Shown here piece by piece: positions 38,568-50,794 of a DNA stretch of 64,000 bases. Both the position numbers and the translations under genes were made by a program. Under the pieces are notes generated by a model. It saw nothing but the letters and a program-made list of their open reading frames with translations. It was not told the origin of the DNA and did no database searches. This stretch comes from Selaginella moellendorffii. Its lineage: Eukaryota; Plantae; Lycopodiophyta. The stretch covers positions 993,246 through 1,057,245 of the forward strand of contig NW_003314269.1 in the NCBI RefSeq assembly GCF_000143415.4, read 5' to 3'. Position 1 is the stretch's first letter. Every line of letters starts with the position of its first letter.

Positions 38568-38880
38568 TATCTTCCCCGTGATCCCAACTATAGTTGTTTA
38601 CCACAACTATATTAGCCAGCTTGCAAAGTCAAACGCTCATCTGGATCACATCCTCAACTATATGAAGAAACCTTTATACTGTTCCCAAAATCCCAAAGTA
38701 GTTCCCTTACTGGCCCTTTTCCATCTACCACATTGTGCACAAATTCACGCATGAACTTGAGTGGAGAGCCATGTCTTCTCGACATGCTGCTCCCCGAGGA
38801 TAGGTCCATATCTAGGACCTTCCGATTCCAATACAAGCGGTGATATACTTGGCCACTAATAAGAGTCGGATTAAGGAACA

Positions 38881-38892
38881 GCTTTGATACCA
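38881..38892 (-). promoter_or_regulatory. Primer-binding site complementary to the tRNA-iMet 3' end
   Basis: GCTTTGATACCA (TGGTATCAAAGC on minus), 3 bp from the LTR edge. Confidence 0.85.
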
Positions 38893-38895
38893 AGT

Positions 38896-40697
38896 TGTAA
38901 GCGACTAATTTTTCCATTCTACTTTAGTCACTTAACCACACCTCCAACCACTTAGAGGAGTCTCACTCACAACCTCCATATGTCCTATTTTGGACTTGGG
39001 CTTGCTAGCCCCAAGAATAGCATCCCCGCCACTCAACATTTGCACTTGGTCCAAGTGCTCCACGTGTCCGATCCCATGACCGACATCCCAAGGTACCACC
39101 GACATATCAGCCCGTTATGCTAAGGCCATGCCCATTCACTTTGGTCACATCGGTGGTTTGACACCACTTACATCATAGTCCCGTCTCCCAAAGACTAGGC
39201 CATCCATCCATGAATGATCATCCCAGATCCACTCCTTAGCATACTTAGGATGCCCATAGACATGGGGAATAGCCTTCCCCAATATCCCCTTTCCAGTCCC
39301 CACCAAGTCCCTTTCTGCCCATGGCCGTGTTCACCAACACTGCCACTGGACCAAGGCCCACAAGCCCGTCCACTAAGTCCCACGGTTCTCTGGGACTTCC
39401 TCCTCACATGACTGTATCCTTGGTCTCTACACTATAGGACGGCTCCTCTTCCTTTTCATAGTCTGGGACCTTGGGGCAACATTTCGGAACACCGCAGCCT
39501 TACGCGAGCCTCGTGGGTACTCTCCCCGCCTTCCGCCTTTGGGTGCTCTAACCATGGGCTTAGAGTGAGGTTTCGTTGAGCCACGCCTGGTATCCAAGTA
39601 GGTAGTGCCACCCACACTTGGACTGGGAGCATCGGCCAGTCGATCTCTCGGAGGAACTAGAGCCGGCTCTTGAACACTTCATCAAGCTACCCCGTTTGTT
39701 GGTCCGTGTTCACTTTAGTCTTGGACTTCCTAGTGGGCAGCTCATCACCCAACACTGGGTACAGCCTTCCTAGGCCAAACTAGCCTTTCCTGGCCAAACT
39801 GGCTCCACTGCAGTCCTCCCCCTTATTATACTTTTGGAGCTCACCAAACCCCCCAGGGTTTGGGAGACGAATGCTTTGGGCTTTCACCCTCTCAAACTCG
39901 AACTCGGACTCGGACTCGGACTCGGACTCGGACTCGGACTCGGACTCGGACTCGGACTCGGACTTGGACTCGGGCTCCGGCTCGGTCTCGGCCTCGGCCT
40001 CGGTCTCGGTCTGGGTCCCGATCTCGGTCTCGGTCTCGGTCCCAGTCTCGGTCCCGGTCCCAGTCTCGGTCTCGACCTCGGACTCCATCTCGGGTCCTTC
40101 TCGGACACCATCTCGGATTCCATCTCGGGTCCATCTCAAACTCCATCTCAGACTCCATCTTGGACTCCGTCTCAGTCCATCTCGGACTCCATCTCGGACT
40201 CCATCTCAGGTCCTTCTTGGACTCCATCTCGGGTCCTTCTCGGACTTCATCTCGGATTCCATCTCGGGTCCATCTCGGACTCCATCTCGGATTCCATCTC
40301 GGGTCCATCTCGGACTCCGTCTTAGTCCATCTCAGACTCCGTCTTAGTCCATCTTGGACTCCGCTTCGGACTCCTCTTCGGACTCCAACTCGGGTCCATC
40401 TCGGACTCCACTTCGGACTCCACTTTGGACTCCACTTCGGACTCCAACTTGGGTCCATCTCGGACACTTCCACGTGTCATGTGTTGGTCCTTTTTGGGTC
40501 CCTTTTTGGAGCCTCGCTTATTGCTCGCTTCGTGCTCGTTCCTCGAGCACTTTGTTGGGAGTTCCACTCCCGCTCTCGACCTTTCAAGTTGGAGCTTTCG
40601 GTCCAAACGTGTTACACTCATTTGGCTTTCGCTTTGGCCACTACCACGTGGCACCCTTCTGGCTCCACTTTGGGGCCTAGGGATTTTGTGTCTCACA
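38896..40697 (-). repeat. 5' LTR (family A)
   Basis: TGTAAGCGACTAATTTTTCC...GATTTTGTGTCTCACA; adjacent to the PBS and the TSD. Confidence 0.92.
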
Positions 40698-41082
40698 TCC
40701 AGGTCTTGGGGTGTGATCCTGATGATCCAAGTTCTGATTGATATCAATGGCAAGCTACATGTAGCTAGGAGTCTTTAAACTTTCGAAGAATCATAAGCTG
40801 CTTGCGTACACTATAGAGTTAATAAAGTGAGATCTTCATTGTTTTTGACAAACACTTGGATTAGGTTGAATGGTTGGAGGAGGGACAGTCCCTTGTGTTA
40901 CTCTCCTAGTGATGGCACTTCAACGCCATATCTATAGGTTTGTGGTGTAGTTGTTTTTGGATTTCTTGTCGTATTGGTTTTGCTTCATAGGTTTAACAAC
41001 ATCAAGTAGAACATGAATGCCTTTGTTGAAGTTATTGTTAATAATGGTCAAAGGTAAATTAGGTTTGCCTTTTTCTGTAAGA

Positions 41083-41830
41083 ATGGCAGCTGGTTCCGAA
41101 GCGAAGCAGAGGAGGTTGGATGCTGTTCTTTTTGATGATGTGTTGCAACTCATCTTGAATAGGTTTGATAATGCAAAGGATTTAATGAGGCTGTCTCTTG
41201 TGTCACCCAACTGGCATCTTCTGTGCAATCGAGTCCCCACTTTAGTCTTCAAGTTTCCTTAGGATCCATTTTCTGAGGCCTTGTTCAAGACTGCCATGTC
41301 CAACAAGCATGGTCTGCAGTGTTTGACTATTTTCCATGTTGAGAAACTTGAAGGTAGTCTTCTATTTAAGGCACTGAGGTAGTTTTCTTCCACAATGCAA
41401 AAAGTTGTTTGGGATTATGCATATGGGGCACTAGCACCACAGAGATTATGGCTTCCTCATGTGCACACCTTGGAAATAAGGAATATTCAGGTGCAAGTGG
41501 CACAAAGCACTCGTGGATGCCTGACCTACACTAAGGGTGTGTAAATAAATGGTATATCATGGATATGAAGCGAGGTATCTCTTGCATTTCAAGACTCCCC
41601 ATTTGGAAGAGCTAAGTGTATGTATTATAAGGTCCTATACCAGCTCTCATTTACAAGTGGCACTAGAAGCATGCAATCAGTGAAGAGATATGTAGAAGTT
41701 ATGATGGACAAGGATGACTCGAAGGATAATCGTATATAACATCATAGCTATCTATCATAATAAGGAGGAGTTGCCAAACTTTTTGGGCCATTGGATCCAG
41801 CCAATCGCAACTGTTTGATGGGGGGGTAAC
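41083..41830 (+). pseudogene. F-box (LRR-associated) protein pseudogene
   Basis: F-box motif LDAVLFDDVLQLILNRFDNAKDLMRLSLVSPNWHLLCNRVPTLVF followed by LRR-like fragments, with in-frame TAGs (41260-41262, ~41380). Confidence 0.75.
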
Positions 41831-42278
41831 TATAAAAAGCTCTATTTCGTTAAAGTGGGAATTGTCATTATCCCACTTGTAAAATAAGGTTTCCAAACCT
41901 TTATATAGTATATAAATATAACAAAATTCAACTGCATTGAGGCACATGCCATTTTATTTTAAACAAGGAAATGTCTACTCAATCACTTCTCCTCCCCCTG
42001 CCACTGCTTCACCTCTCTCTTTTCCTTATCATCGTCGTCCAATTTCTTTCCATCCTTTTAATATTGGCTCAGTTGCTCCAAGTCTAGGTGGAGCCCAAGT
42101 CCCCATTCAATCTTTACTTTCCCCTTATTAATAAAACAACTTCGTAGACTTCCAATAACATGCTGTAACACTTCTAGTATAATGCAAATCCTCTCAAAGA
42201 ATTGTCTTTTAATATTAATACAATGGCATGGAACCCCATGCCATAATAAGTTACATTTTTAAATAAATACATGCCATC

Positions 42279-45200
42279 TCAGACTGTTATTTTTTGCCTC
42301 CAACGCCTATACAATAATCTTGGAATTTCATCACTCTCCACACTATCAGGATTTAAACCCAAGAGTAATGCCATCTCTTCTCTAATACGTCCACGCTCAT
42401 GTTCAGTGGTCGAAGAACCCATCCGGTTGAGCAGATTATGGAAATGCGGATAGTGCTTGGCTAGACAATATACATGCCATAAATGATGACTGGTGTCTGT
42501 CCGATCAAATGGCTTCTGATATACCGTTCCATCTGCCATTTGGTTGATTTCTGCAGCCACCTCCTGGACTGGCCGGTTCTCTATCACCATCGCTCCAAGC
42601 CGTTTTGCAAGGTCCCCCAGAACATACGGTTTCTTCTCCCTAGTTTCCATACTGCAAGAGATGGGGTGCACTGCATATGTGTGCGTGTTCGCTGCAGTTT
42701 TAATCGGCGAGTCATTGATAATGAGGATTTCACTTGACCTAGCAGTCCGGTTCATCACTACAGCCTCTGGCTTGACGAAGATGGGCTTGCTACCCCTCAC
42801 ATGGACCATAGTCAAGCAATCCTCCTGCGTTAGGAGAAAGTCAAATGGTAATATTACTCGCGTCTGATCGTGCATCATCTGTAGCAACGTTAATGTATTG
42901 TGGCGCATCATGGATGTCCAAACTCCCAATTGCAAATTGAACCCGGCCCTCTGTTTTAAGTGTCGCATGGTCATTATTAGATCCCGCAGTTTCTCCCGTG
43001 TGATTAATGTGAATCTGTCTCTTTTGACCAACTTGCGACCGCAGGCTTTGGAGGGTGCAGTGACATTCGAGGACGAGCCACGCTCATGGGAGAAAAGGAC
43101 ACCGTTCAGATAAAAAACGATACAGTACTTTCGCCGTGACTCTGAAATGAAATGCGTCAGCATAAAAAATGGTACAAGTCAATTTTACCATCTACAATAT
43201 TAGTGAATGGTGCTCCCGATGGTCGTTGAGAGGGTTTTGGTCGAGAAAACGTGAAGGGCGGAAATACTTTCTTCTGCAATGTGGGGTCAATCGCATCCGA
43301 TGGCGTGTGGGCACATGCCATTTCAGCTGTAGACTCTGGTACAACTGGCTCAATAGTGGCATGGGGTGGTTCCGATGGCGTGTGATCACACGCCATTTCA
43401 GTTGGTGCCTCCATTGGCAAAGTGGACATGACCGAACAGGCAGCAGGGGCGGTGTAGGGAGTTTCCAACGGCGCGTAGTCAGACGATTGGGCACACGTTG
43501 AGTCCGTTGGAAATGAGGATACGACCGGCTTGGCAGCTGGGGCGGCCTCATGCGGGTCCAATGGCGCCTGGTCACCGTCAGTTGGATACGTGGACAAGAT
43601 TGACTTAGTGGTATGGGCAGCATCAAGTGGAGCGTGGTCAGCTTGCTTGGCGTTGATATGGATAGTAGCCTCCACCAGCTCTAATGACTCTTGCAAGCAA
43701 GTAGAGTCCACTAGCGGATCCATATGCATGTCCAAATATCTCCCTTCGATTGAGATGGTATCCTCCCTACTGGCTACAAAAAACAAACTCATTAGCACAT
43801 TGAATCGACTATACTGTATTTACCATCAACTGCTATTGGGCGCACTGCTGATTCTGAAGGATTGGACATACGTTTTGACCCTTGCTTGGCACTATCCTTC
43901 CTCGACACTAAAGGCTAGAGTTTGTATCTTAATTCAACTGAATAATCTCTACTTACCATTTGCTTTGCAACCTACATGGACAATGTTAGAAATGGTAAAA
44001 GGTTAGGAATGGATGTACTATTATTTACCTGATGGTTTGTCTTGTATGACCTTCCTCCGCTGCTCTTTGGCCACCTCAGGCTGGCCATCGTCGTCATCAT
44101 CGTCGTCGTCGTTATTGTGATCGTCACCATTGTGAGGACCATCCAAGTCCTCTTCGTCCTCCTCTTCTTCGTCCTCCTCTTCTTTGTCCTCCTCTTCGTC
44201 CTTCTGCTCTTCCTGCTCATTATCTTTCTCTGGCTCCTCATCCCCCTCCTGCATTTCTTCCATAGGCTGCTCAGGCTGGATGGCTTGTTCTTCCAGGACC
44301 ATCTTGGGAAAATCATCTGGCCGAGTCTCCATCTCAAAATACAAGACATCCATAGCCTGTTTTAGTGCGTGACCTAGGACCGTATCCTCACCCCACTGTC
44401 TTAACATGGTTTCTGCACGTTCTTGCACCCTTCGAAGACAACGAGATGAGAAAAATGTGGCCCTGACTTGAAAAGCATCCCTCATCCATTGTACCTCTCC
44501 ATTGAGATTGGGGAAGGGGAGTCCGCCATAGGAATCTGAGTCAGGAGGTGGTGACTGCGGGCATTACCTATCATCTTTTCGTTGCCCTTCTTCCTTTTCG
44601 AATCAAACGCCTCTGATCCCGACGATTGTCCAACGTGCTTTCGCTTTTTATGACCACTGTCAGTTTGAGCTTGGCTGGTGCTTGCCTGTTTTGCCTTTGA
44701 AGAAGTGTCTCCTACAAGGAATGGCATGAGACCACACGCCATTGCAAATATAATTTGTACCTCCTTTTTTCCTATTGCTTGTCTGTTTGTCCTTCTTCGA
44801 CGCGCCACCAGTGCGCTTTTCAGTCCTCGTGTCTGAATATTCACAACGATCTATAATCAAAATGGCGTGAGGCCTCACGTGACCTTACCTTGTGCAGGTT
44901 GTGAGCTCGGCCCAACAGTAGCTGTTAATGCCGTTTCAGCATCTGGGGGTGGCCACGCTCCTGCATACAGAGCTTGTGAGATAACATTTAAACTTAAAGT
45001 GCGTACTCACCAAGTTCGCAGAGAAGATACTGTTTTTCTTTGGCAACTGTAATTATATACTTCATTGAAGTCACCTCTTCAATGGAGTTTGTCACCGCAA
45101 CACACGGGACACCCTTGAGTAGTGCGGCTCGAAAGAATAGTCCGCCGCAGTTGTACTCGACAACGCATTTGCCCTTGGAGTCGGAAGCAGGTGCTATTGC

Positions 45201-47579
45201 GTTGAAGACCCAGCTGAGCATTTCCCATGCTGCACCTGGAGCTTTCTCTGGATTCGAAAGCTCCATAGCCGTCTTCAGTTCCTCAGGCACGGGTAAATTG
45301 ACCTCCCTCAGATCAATTCGATTGGCCTTGTCGAACGAAGCTGGGAAGTCACTCCAGTCCCACTCTGCTGCAGGACCAATAACAAGGGCGAGTGTGAAGA
45401 TGCGGACATTCGTCGGTATCTTCTTCTTAGCCATTATCCCATGGATCTCCTGCATCTCCTTGCCTTTCAACCGAGCCTTCACCTTATTCAAGGCCTTCTA
45501 GAACTTGTGATAGGATTTGGAGTCGTAGATCATATAGTGGACTGAAGATTCCACCTCCGCAAGTCCCACCATTAAGTCAATGATGGAGCTGACTTCGTCT
45601 GCATGAGTGATCTCCTCGTTTGTGAAGTCCATCACACAAAAGATGTTCTTGACCTGCTCATCTCCGCGGGAAACGATGCTCCTCCACCTTTGATCCTCAT
45701 CCGAATTCACGTATACCCGGTAAGGTTCTCGATAGGCCTCTGCTGCGGGGTCGAGCTGTTTCTGAAGCCGGCGGTCGACATCCCTCTTAATGAAATTTGG
45801 ATACTGATCCAACTTCTCAGCTTTACTTTTCGTGGCATCCCGCAGCAGATCGATGAACTTGGGGGCCCCCTTCACGTAGTCGTCGATGTCTTCATTTGAC
45901 AACTCCAGCTCTTCCATCATCTCTTGCGTGGTGTCGATGCTCACCCTCTCCACGGCCACTTGCGCGAAGATCCAATCCTTCAATAGCGCACGAGCTCTCA
46001 GAGTCGTGCACAAGTCCTCGTATGTCACAATATGGCTGGGAGTCATTTTGGTCTTGTTGAAGACTACCTCACCACGTAGAAGAGCATTAGCCACTGTCAG
46101 AAGGTCGTCGTCGTCTAGAGACCGCGAGAAACGCAAGGCGTTGAGCTTCAAATCATTGGGCTTCCGGCCGTCCTCCACACCCATTGAGTTTAGCAACTCC
46201 CCATCATGGTACCTCCTCAGCACATCTACCCATTCGTCAAAAACAACTTTTGTCGCGAGTAGAATGTTATGGATGCTGAGTGTGTCATTGACCCCCAGTG
46301 TTTTTGAGAGAAGACTCGAGAATTCCTGCAATGGAAATGGCGTGAGGCCACATGCTATGCCACATGCAACGAGGCTTACCTGCCAGGCGCTAGTTGCTAG
46401 TGCACGTCCTTGTCCTGGTTTTTGTGGCTTCTTCAGTTGAACCCAGAGCTTCCGTGTTCGTGCCAATGTCTCGTGCAGACCCGATTTGTAGCACGTTTCT
46501 TGCTTGACATTCTGCGCGTGGGAGATGGATATGATAGATCGGAGGGGCGAGTTGCCTTTTATCAGGCGGACAACTCTTGTCTTGAAGACTTTCTTCACCT
46601 CCTCGCCCACCATAATATCCAGAACTATCTCTTGCATCGCCAAGCTAGAATGCTGCCCGGAGACGGCATAGAACCGGATGTTCTGATCGTCCAACACCTT
46701 CCTATTGATCAAGTCTGGAAACCTCGTCTCGCCCTTCATTGTTCGGTAGTAAGGGATCACGTCTGCGATGTCGGGTGTTACTGGACTTGCCAGCATCTTC
46801 TGCTTCAGCTTCTCCACCCACTCATCAGATACTAGCCTGTGGTTGTATTTGCTTTGGATGTCGATACGGCTCACGTCGATTGTATATACTTTGTTGGAAT
46901 AGTAACAAGTACTATTATCTGCGACGATTTTTGCTGCCTCTTCTTGCTCTTTCTGCTCTTTGTGGCTCTTCTTTTTGGTGGGTGTAGTGTTCGAACCCGA
47001 GGCAATGGCATCACCGAGTAGCTTCTTTTTTGGAGCAAGAGAGTCGGACGTCGGCTTGAGCTTGACCACCCTTTTCTGCTTCGGGGTAGTTTCCAGATCG
47101 ACCCCCTTCCCCTTCGCTTCGCGAACTGGAGGCACTCTCAACGGCTCAATGTTGGAATATAGTTTTTGAACATCGCCGTAGGTGAGGTCTGTGGATTCCA
47201 TGTGATCTTCATAGACCCGCAGCGTCTTTGAAATTGTGGGCCTCCTGAACAACCTCTCCCTAGCTCCCTCTAGGAATTCCTCATAGCCGCTACCCCCCTC
47301 CAGGAAGCCGCTAGGATGTGCAAGGTGGATCTTGAAGGCGGACGCTGTCTCTACCACAAGTGCTAGTCCATATTCTTGCATGGAACTGCATGGAGTGTCT
47401 GTCACTTGGATGAAGATCCCCATGCATTCTTTTCTCCCACCATCTATGTTGTACAGCCTCAGATCCTCGCCTTCCATCCCGAAAGTCCAACTGGTGAGCT
47501 CCTCCCCCTTCTCTGCATCCATATTGACAGTGGCTGGAAGAAGAACGCAATTCCTCGCCTGTTCAGAAATGCACAACAA
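42279..47579 (-). pseudogene. Transposon cargo gene, copy 2 (ParB/Srx-like + MTase-like + FCP1/HAD-like); more complete N-terminal half
   Basis: 693-aa ORF with VYTIDVSRIDI..NHRLVSDEWVEKLKQKM...FYAVSGQHSSLA...ISHAQN (ParB-like) and an in-frame 54-bp intron at 46326-46379. A TGG>TAG stop at 45498 precedes NPEKAP...GKCVVEYNCGGLFFRAALLKGVPCVAV (MTase-like C-terminus). FCP1-like last exon at 42279-43141. True start unresolved. Confidence 0.7.
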
Positions 47580-50500
47580 TTAGAGCTGACAGATGAAAAG
47601 CTAGCAGCTGGAAATAACGTGAGGCCACACGCCATTCACCACTGCATCAGATGTCTTGAGGCTGCATCCTAAGATGGCGTGAGGCTACACGCCATCTGTA
47701 ACCGGACTGCACTCGAGAGCCCAATCGGTGCATGCCAATGTTGCTACTGAATGGCATGTGGCCTCATGCCATTTTCTACTTGGCCTAAAAGACTTACCAT
47801 TTGAAGCCGAATGGAGGCCGTGACAATCGAGACCGGACTCGCTAGCGAATGTGCACTGTGTGTGTAGCGGATCGTAGCAGCAAGACTACTCTGCCACTTA
47901 CAGATGGAGAGTGGCGCTGAAATCTCCCGGGACGCCAAGTGGGCTGCGTGTGGGTGGCGGAGTGGGCGGCGGAGTTAGCGGCGAAATTACAAACTGGGTG
48001 TGTCTTGAAGTGGACGCCGATGCACACGAGCACGATGCGAGCGCGAGTGTGATGCAAGCGCGAGTGGATGCCAATGCACACGAGAAACCTGTAGAGAAGT
48101 GAGCGTGATCGCGAGTGGGAGCGCGATGCGAGTGGGAGCGCGAGTGTGATGCGAGCGCGAGCGCGAGTACGAAGCAAAATGCAAAACCTAACCTCACACG
48201 CGCGAAATGTCACAACGGTTGGTAATCCCGCCACATCATCATTCCTCGGACTTGGGCGCCACCATTAATTTCTGGATTGCCGCACGCATGCAAGCACGCA
48301 AAATCCAAAAGAAATCTGCAACGTCATCATTCCTCGGACTGCATGCACGCGAAATCCAAAAGAAAGATCATGATTGGGATATCATTTAATACCCTCGCTA
48401 TATTTATACCATGCATGATTGGATATTCCAAAGCATCTTGTATTTCCAAAAATGGCAGATGTTCAGCTAAATAAAGAAATTCTATCTGTTTCTATTTTTC
48501 TCTCAAATCAATATTATAGCGTGTGGGCTCATGCAATTTTGAACCAAAGAAACCTAAAAAACGTTGGACCCAAAATATTTTGAAAAAACCCAAAAAACCC
48601 TAAACATTTTAAACCCAAAAATCCAGGCATCCTGTGGCGTTATTCCTTGAATGGCGTGTGGGCGCATGCCATTTTCAGGGCCAAATGCTGAATGGAGAAA
48701 AATTCCCTTTCAGTGCAAATGCTGCAAGAGGCAGATGCCGAGCACAAAGGACTATAACTACCTCACATGACACAGATAAACTTTTCTCTATTTGGCAAAG
48801 ATAAACTTTATAGCGTGTGGGCTCATGCAATTTTGAACCCAAAAAATGCACCAAAAAATTCTCGGCATCATCTGGCGTTATCTCTTGAATGGCGTGGGGC
48901 CGCATGCCATTTTCAGGGGCACATAGGAGTATATTCCTAGGATATTCTGACACGCGTGAGATTTTTTTGAGTTTTTTGGAGATCCAACCGTTAGATCGCA
49001 ACTAGATTTTACAGAATGGTATACAATGTCTTTCTTGATGACCCTGAAAAGAAGCATCTCGATCGGACACCACATGAGACCACACGAGCCTTACAATGTT
49101 TCAGGGGCATTTGCCATAGATCCGACTGTTATTTTGCTCCAAGATTTTACAGTTTGGTGTGCATTGACCTTTCCATCGACACTGCAAAGGGACATCACAA
49201 TCAGATGCGGGATCACAAGAAACTAACTTCACTAACTCTGGTTTCACCAAGATCTACGTAAGGAGTTATGAAATGAAAGGACCCTCTCTATTGAAATGTG
49301 TTTATGGTCCTAGGGGCATTGTGACATATCAAAGGATTTTGCATCAAGTTCTGTATTTGCATGTTTATCAAGCTACTGAATTGCTAAACCCTATACCCTA
49401 AACCCTAAACCCTAAACATGTGGCAAATGCTGCGTGAAGAAAGATGCACTTTCTGGGCAAATGCTGTAAGAGTCAGATGCCGACAAGATGTATCTCAGGC
49501 TAGCGAAGGGGACAAACGAAAGCTGGCTATAACATGACGGGATGCAAATAGATTACGGGATGCCGAGCAGATGTATCTCAGGCTAGCGATGGGGACAAAC
49601 GAAAGCTAGCTATAAACATGACGGGATGCAAATAGATTACTAGGCTGGTCCTGCGAAAATCAAAAACCATAATTGAAAACATTGAAAATGCAAAAAAAAA
49701 GGTTTATAATATTTTTGAATTTTAAGCAACCAAAGGAATGTAAGTAGGGCATGTTTTTGTAAGTTTAAAAATGCCTCAACCACTTAAATTCCCAAGTAAA
49801 TAAAGCTGTTTCTATTTTTGGTACAGGTAAACTTTATAGCGTGTGGGCTCATGCAATTTTGAACCCAAAAATGCACCAAAAAATGTTCGACTAGCATTAT
49901 TCTTTGAATGGCGTGTGGCCTTATATTGCCATAAATGGACGTACACACACAGCATAATTATTCCTTTACACGGCGAATAATCTTGGTGCGGATCGCTGAC
50001 ATGGCATGGCAAAGTTCGAATCAGTGACATGGCACAGCTGGATCGAGGCAAGGACATGATGTGACAAAGTTCAACCTTCGACAACAAAGTCTAGAAGCTA
50101 CTCAGTTTGAAATTTGTCAGAGGAGTCATAAGATCTGGTTTGTCAGAGGATTTGATGTGACGTTCAAGCGTGTGTTATTTTTGAATTCTCGAACTCATTC
50201 CTAGGTCTATCATTTTTGTGCGCCGTGTTCTTGGTTCCGCTGAGCGCAGTGAGCGCTGCTTGTGTAAGCGGCGTTGTGAGCTGTGGTTTATGCGTCTACG
50301 AGCGGTTGCGACATTGCGAGCGCCATTGCGAGCGGCAGTTTATGCGAGTGGCAGTTTGTGCGAGCGGCACTACGAGCAGTTGCGGTGTTGCGAGCGGCGC
50401 TACGAGCAGTTGCGGTGTTGCGAGCGGCACTGTCTTTGGTGTGGCTACCGCTTCCTCTTGATATTCGGCACTTGTGCTTCCTGGTATGTTCACCATGGAA

Positions 50501-50794
50501 TGGCTTAGGACCACATTTAGAAATGGCATTAGGCCACATGCCATCTTGGGCCCTTGCAATTTCATGGCTAGCGTATTGTCATGTATGTTTTTACTTGCCT
50601 GCAGCTGTGTGTATATCAAGATGGCATGAGGCCTCATGCCAATTTTGTGAATGCGAAATTTCACGTGGGTGTCAATAGCATGTTTGAATAATGGCATGTG
50701 GCCTCATGCTATTAAGGTTGTTTGGTATGTTATGATTTAGGCCATTCTCCAATCATTTTTTGTATGGTCTTAACTTCTTTTCTGCACTTTCAAA

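Larger units (their letters stand above)
18694..40697 (-). mobile_element. LTR retrotransposon (Ty3/Gypsy-like, non-autonomous/decayed) carrying nested insertions
   Basis: TG...CA LTRs at 18694-20580 and 38896-40697. TSD TCCAG at 18689-18693 and 40698-40702. tRNA-iMet PBS (TGGTATCAAAGC on minus) at 38881-38892. PPT (GGGGTGGTGGAGT on minus) at 20581-20593. Confidence 0.92.
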
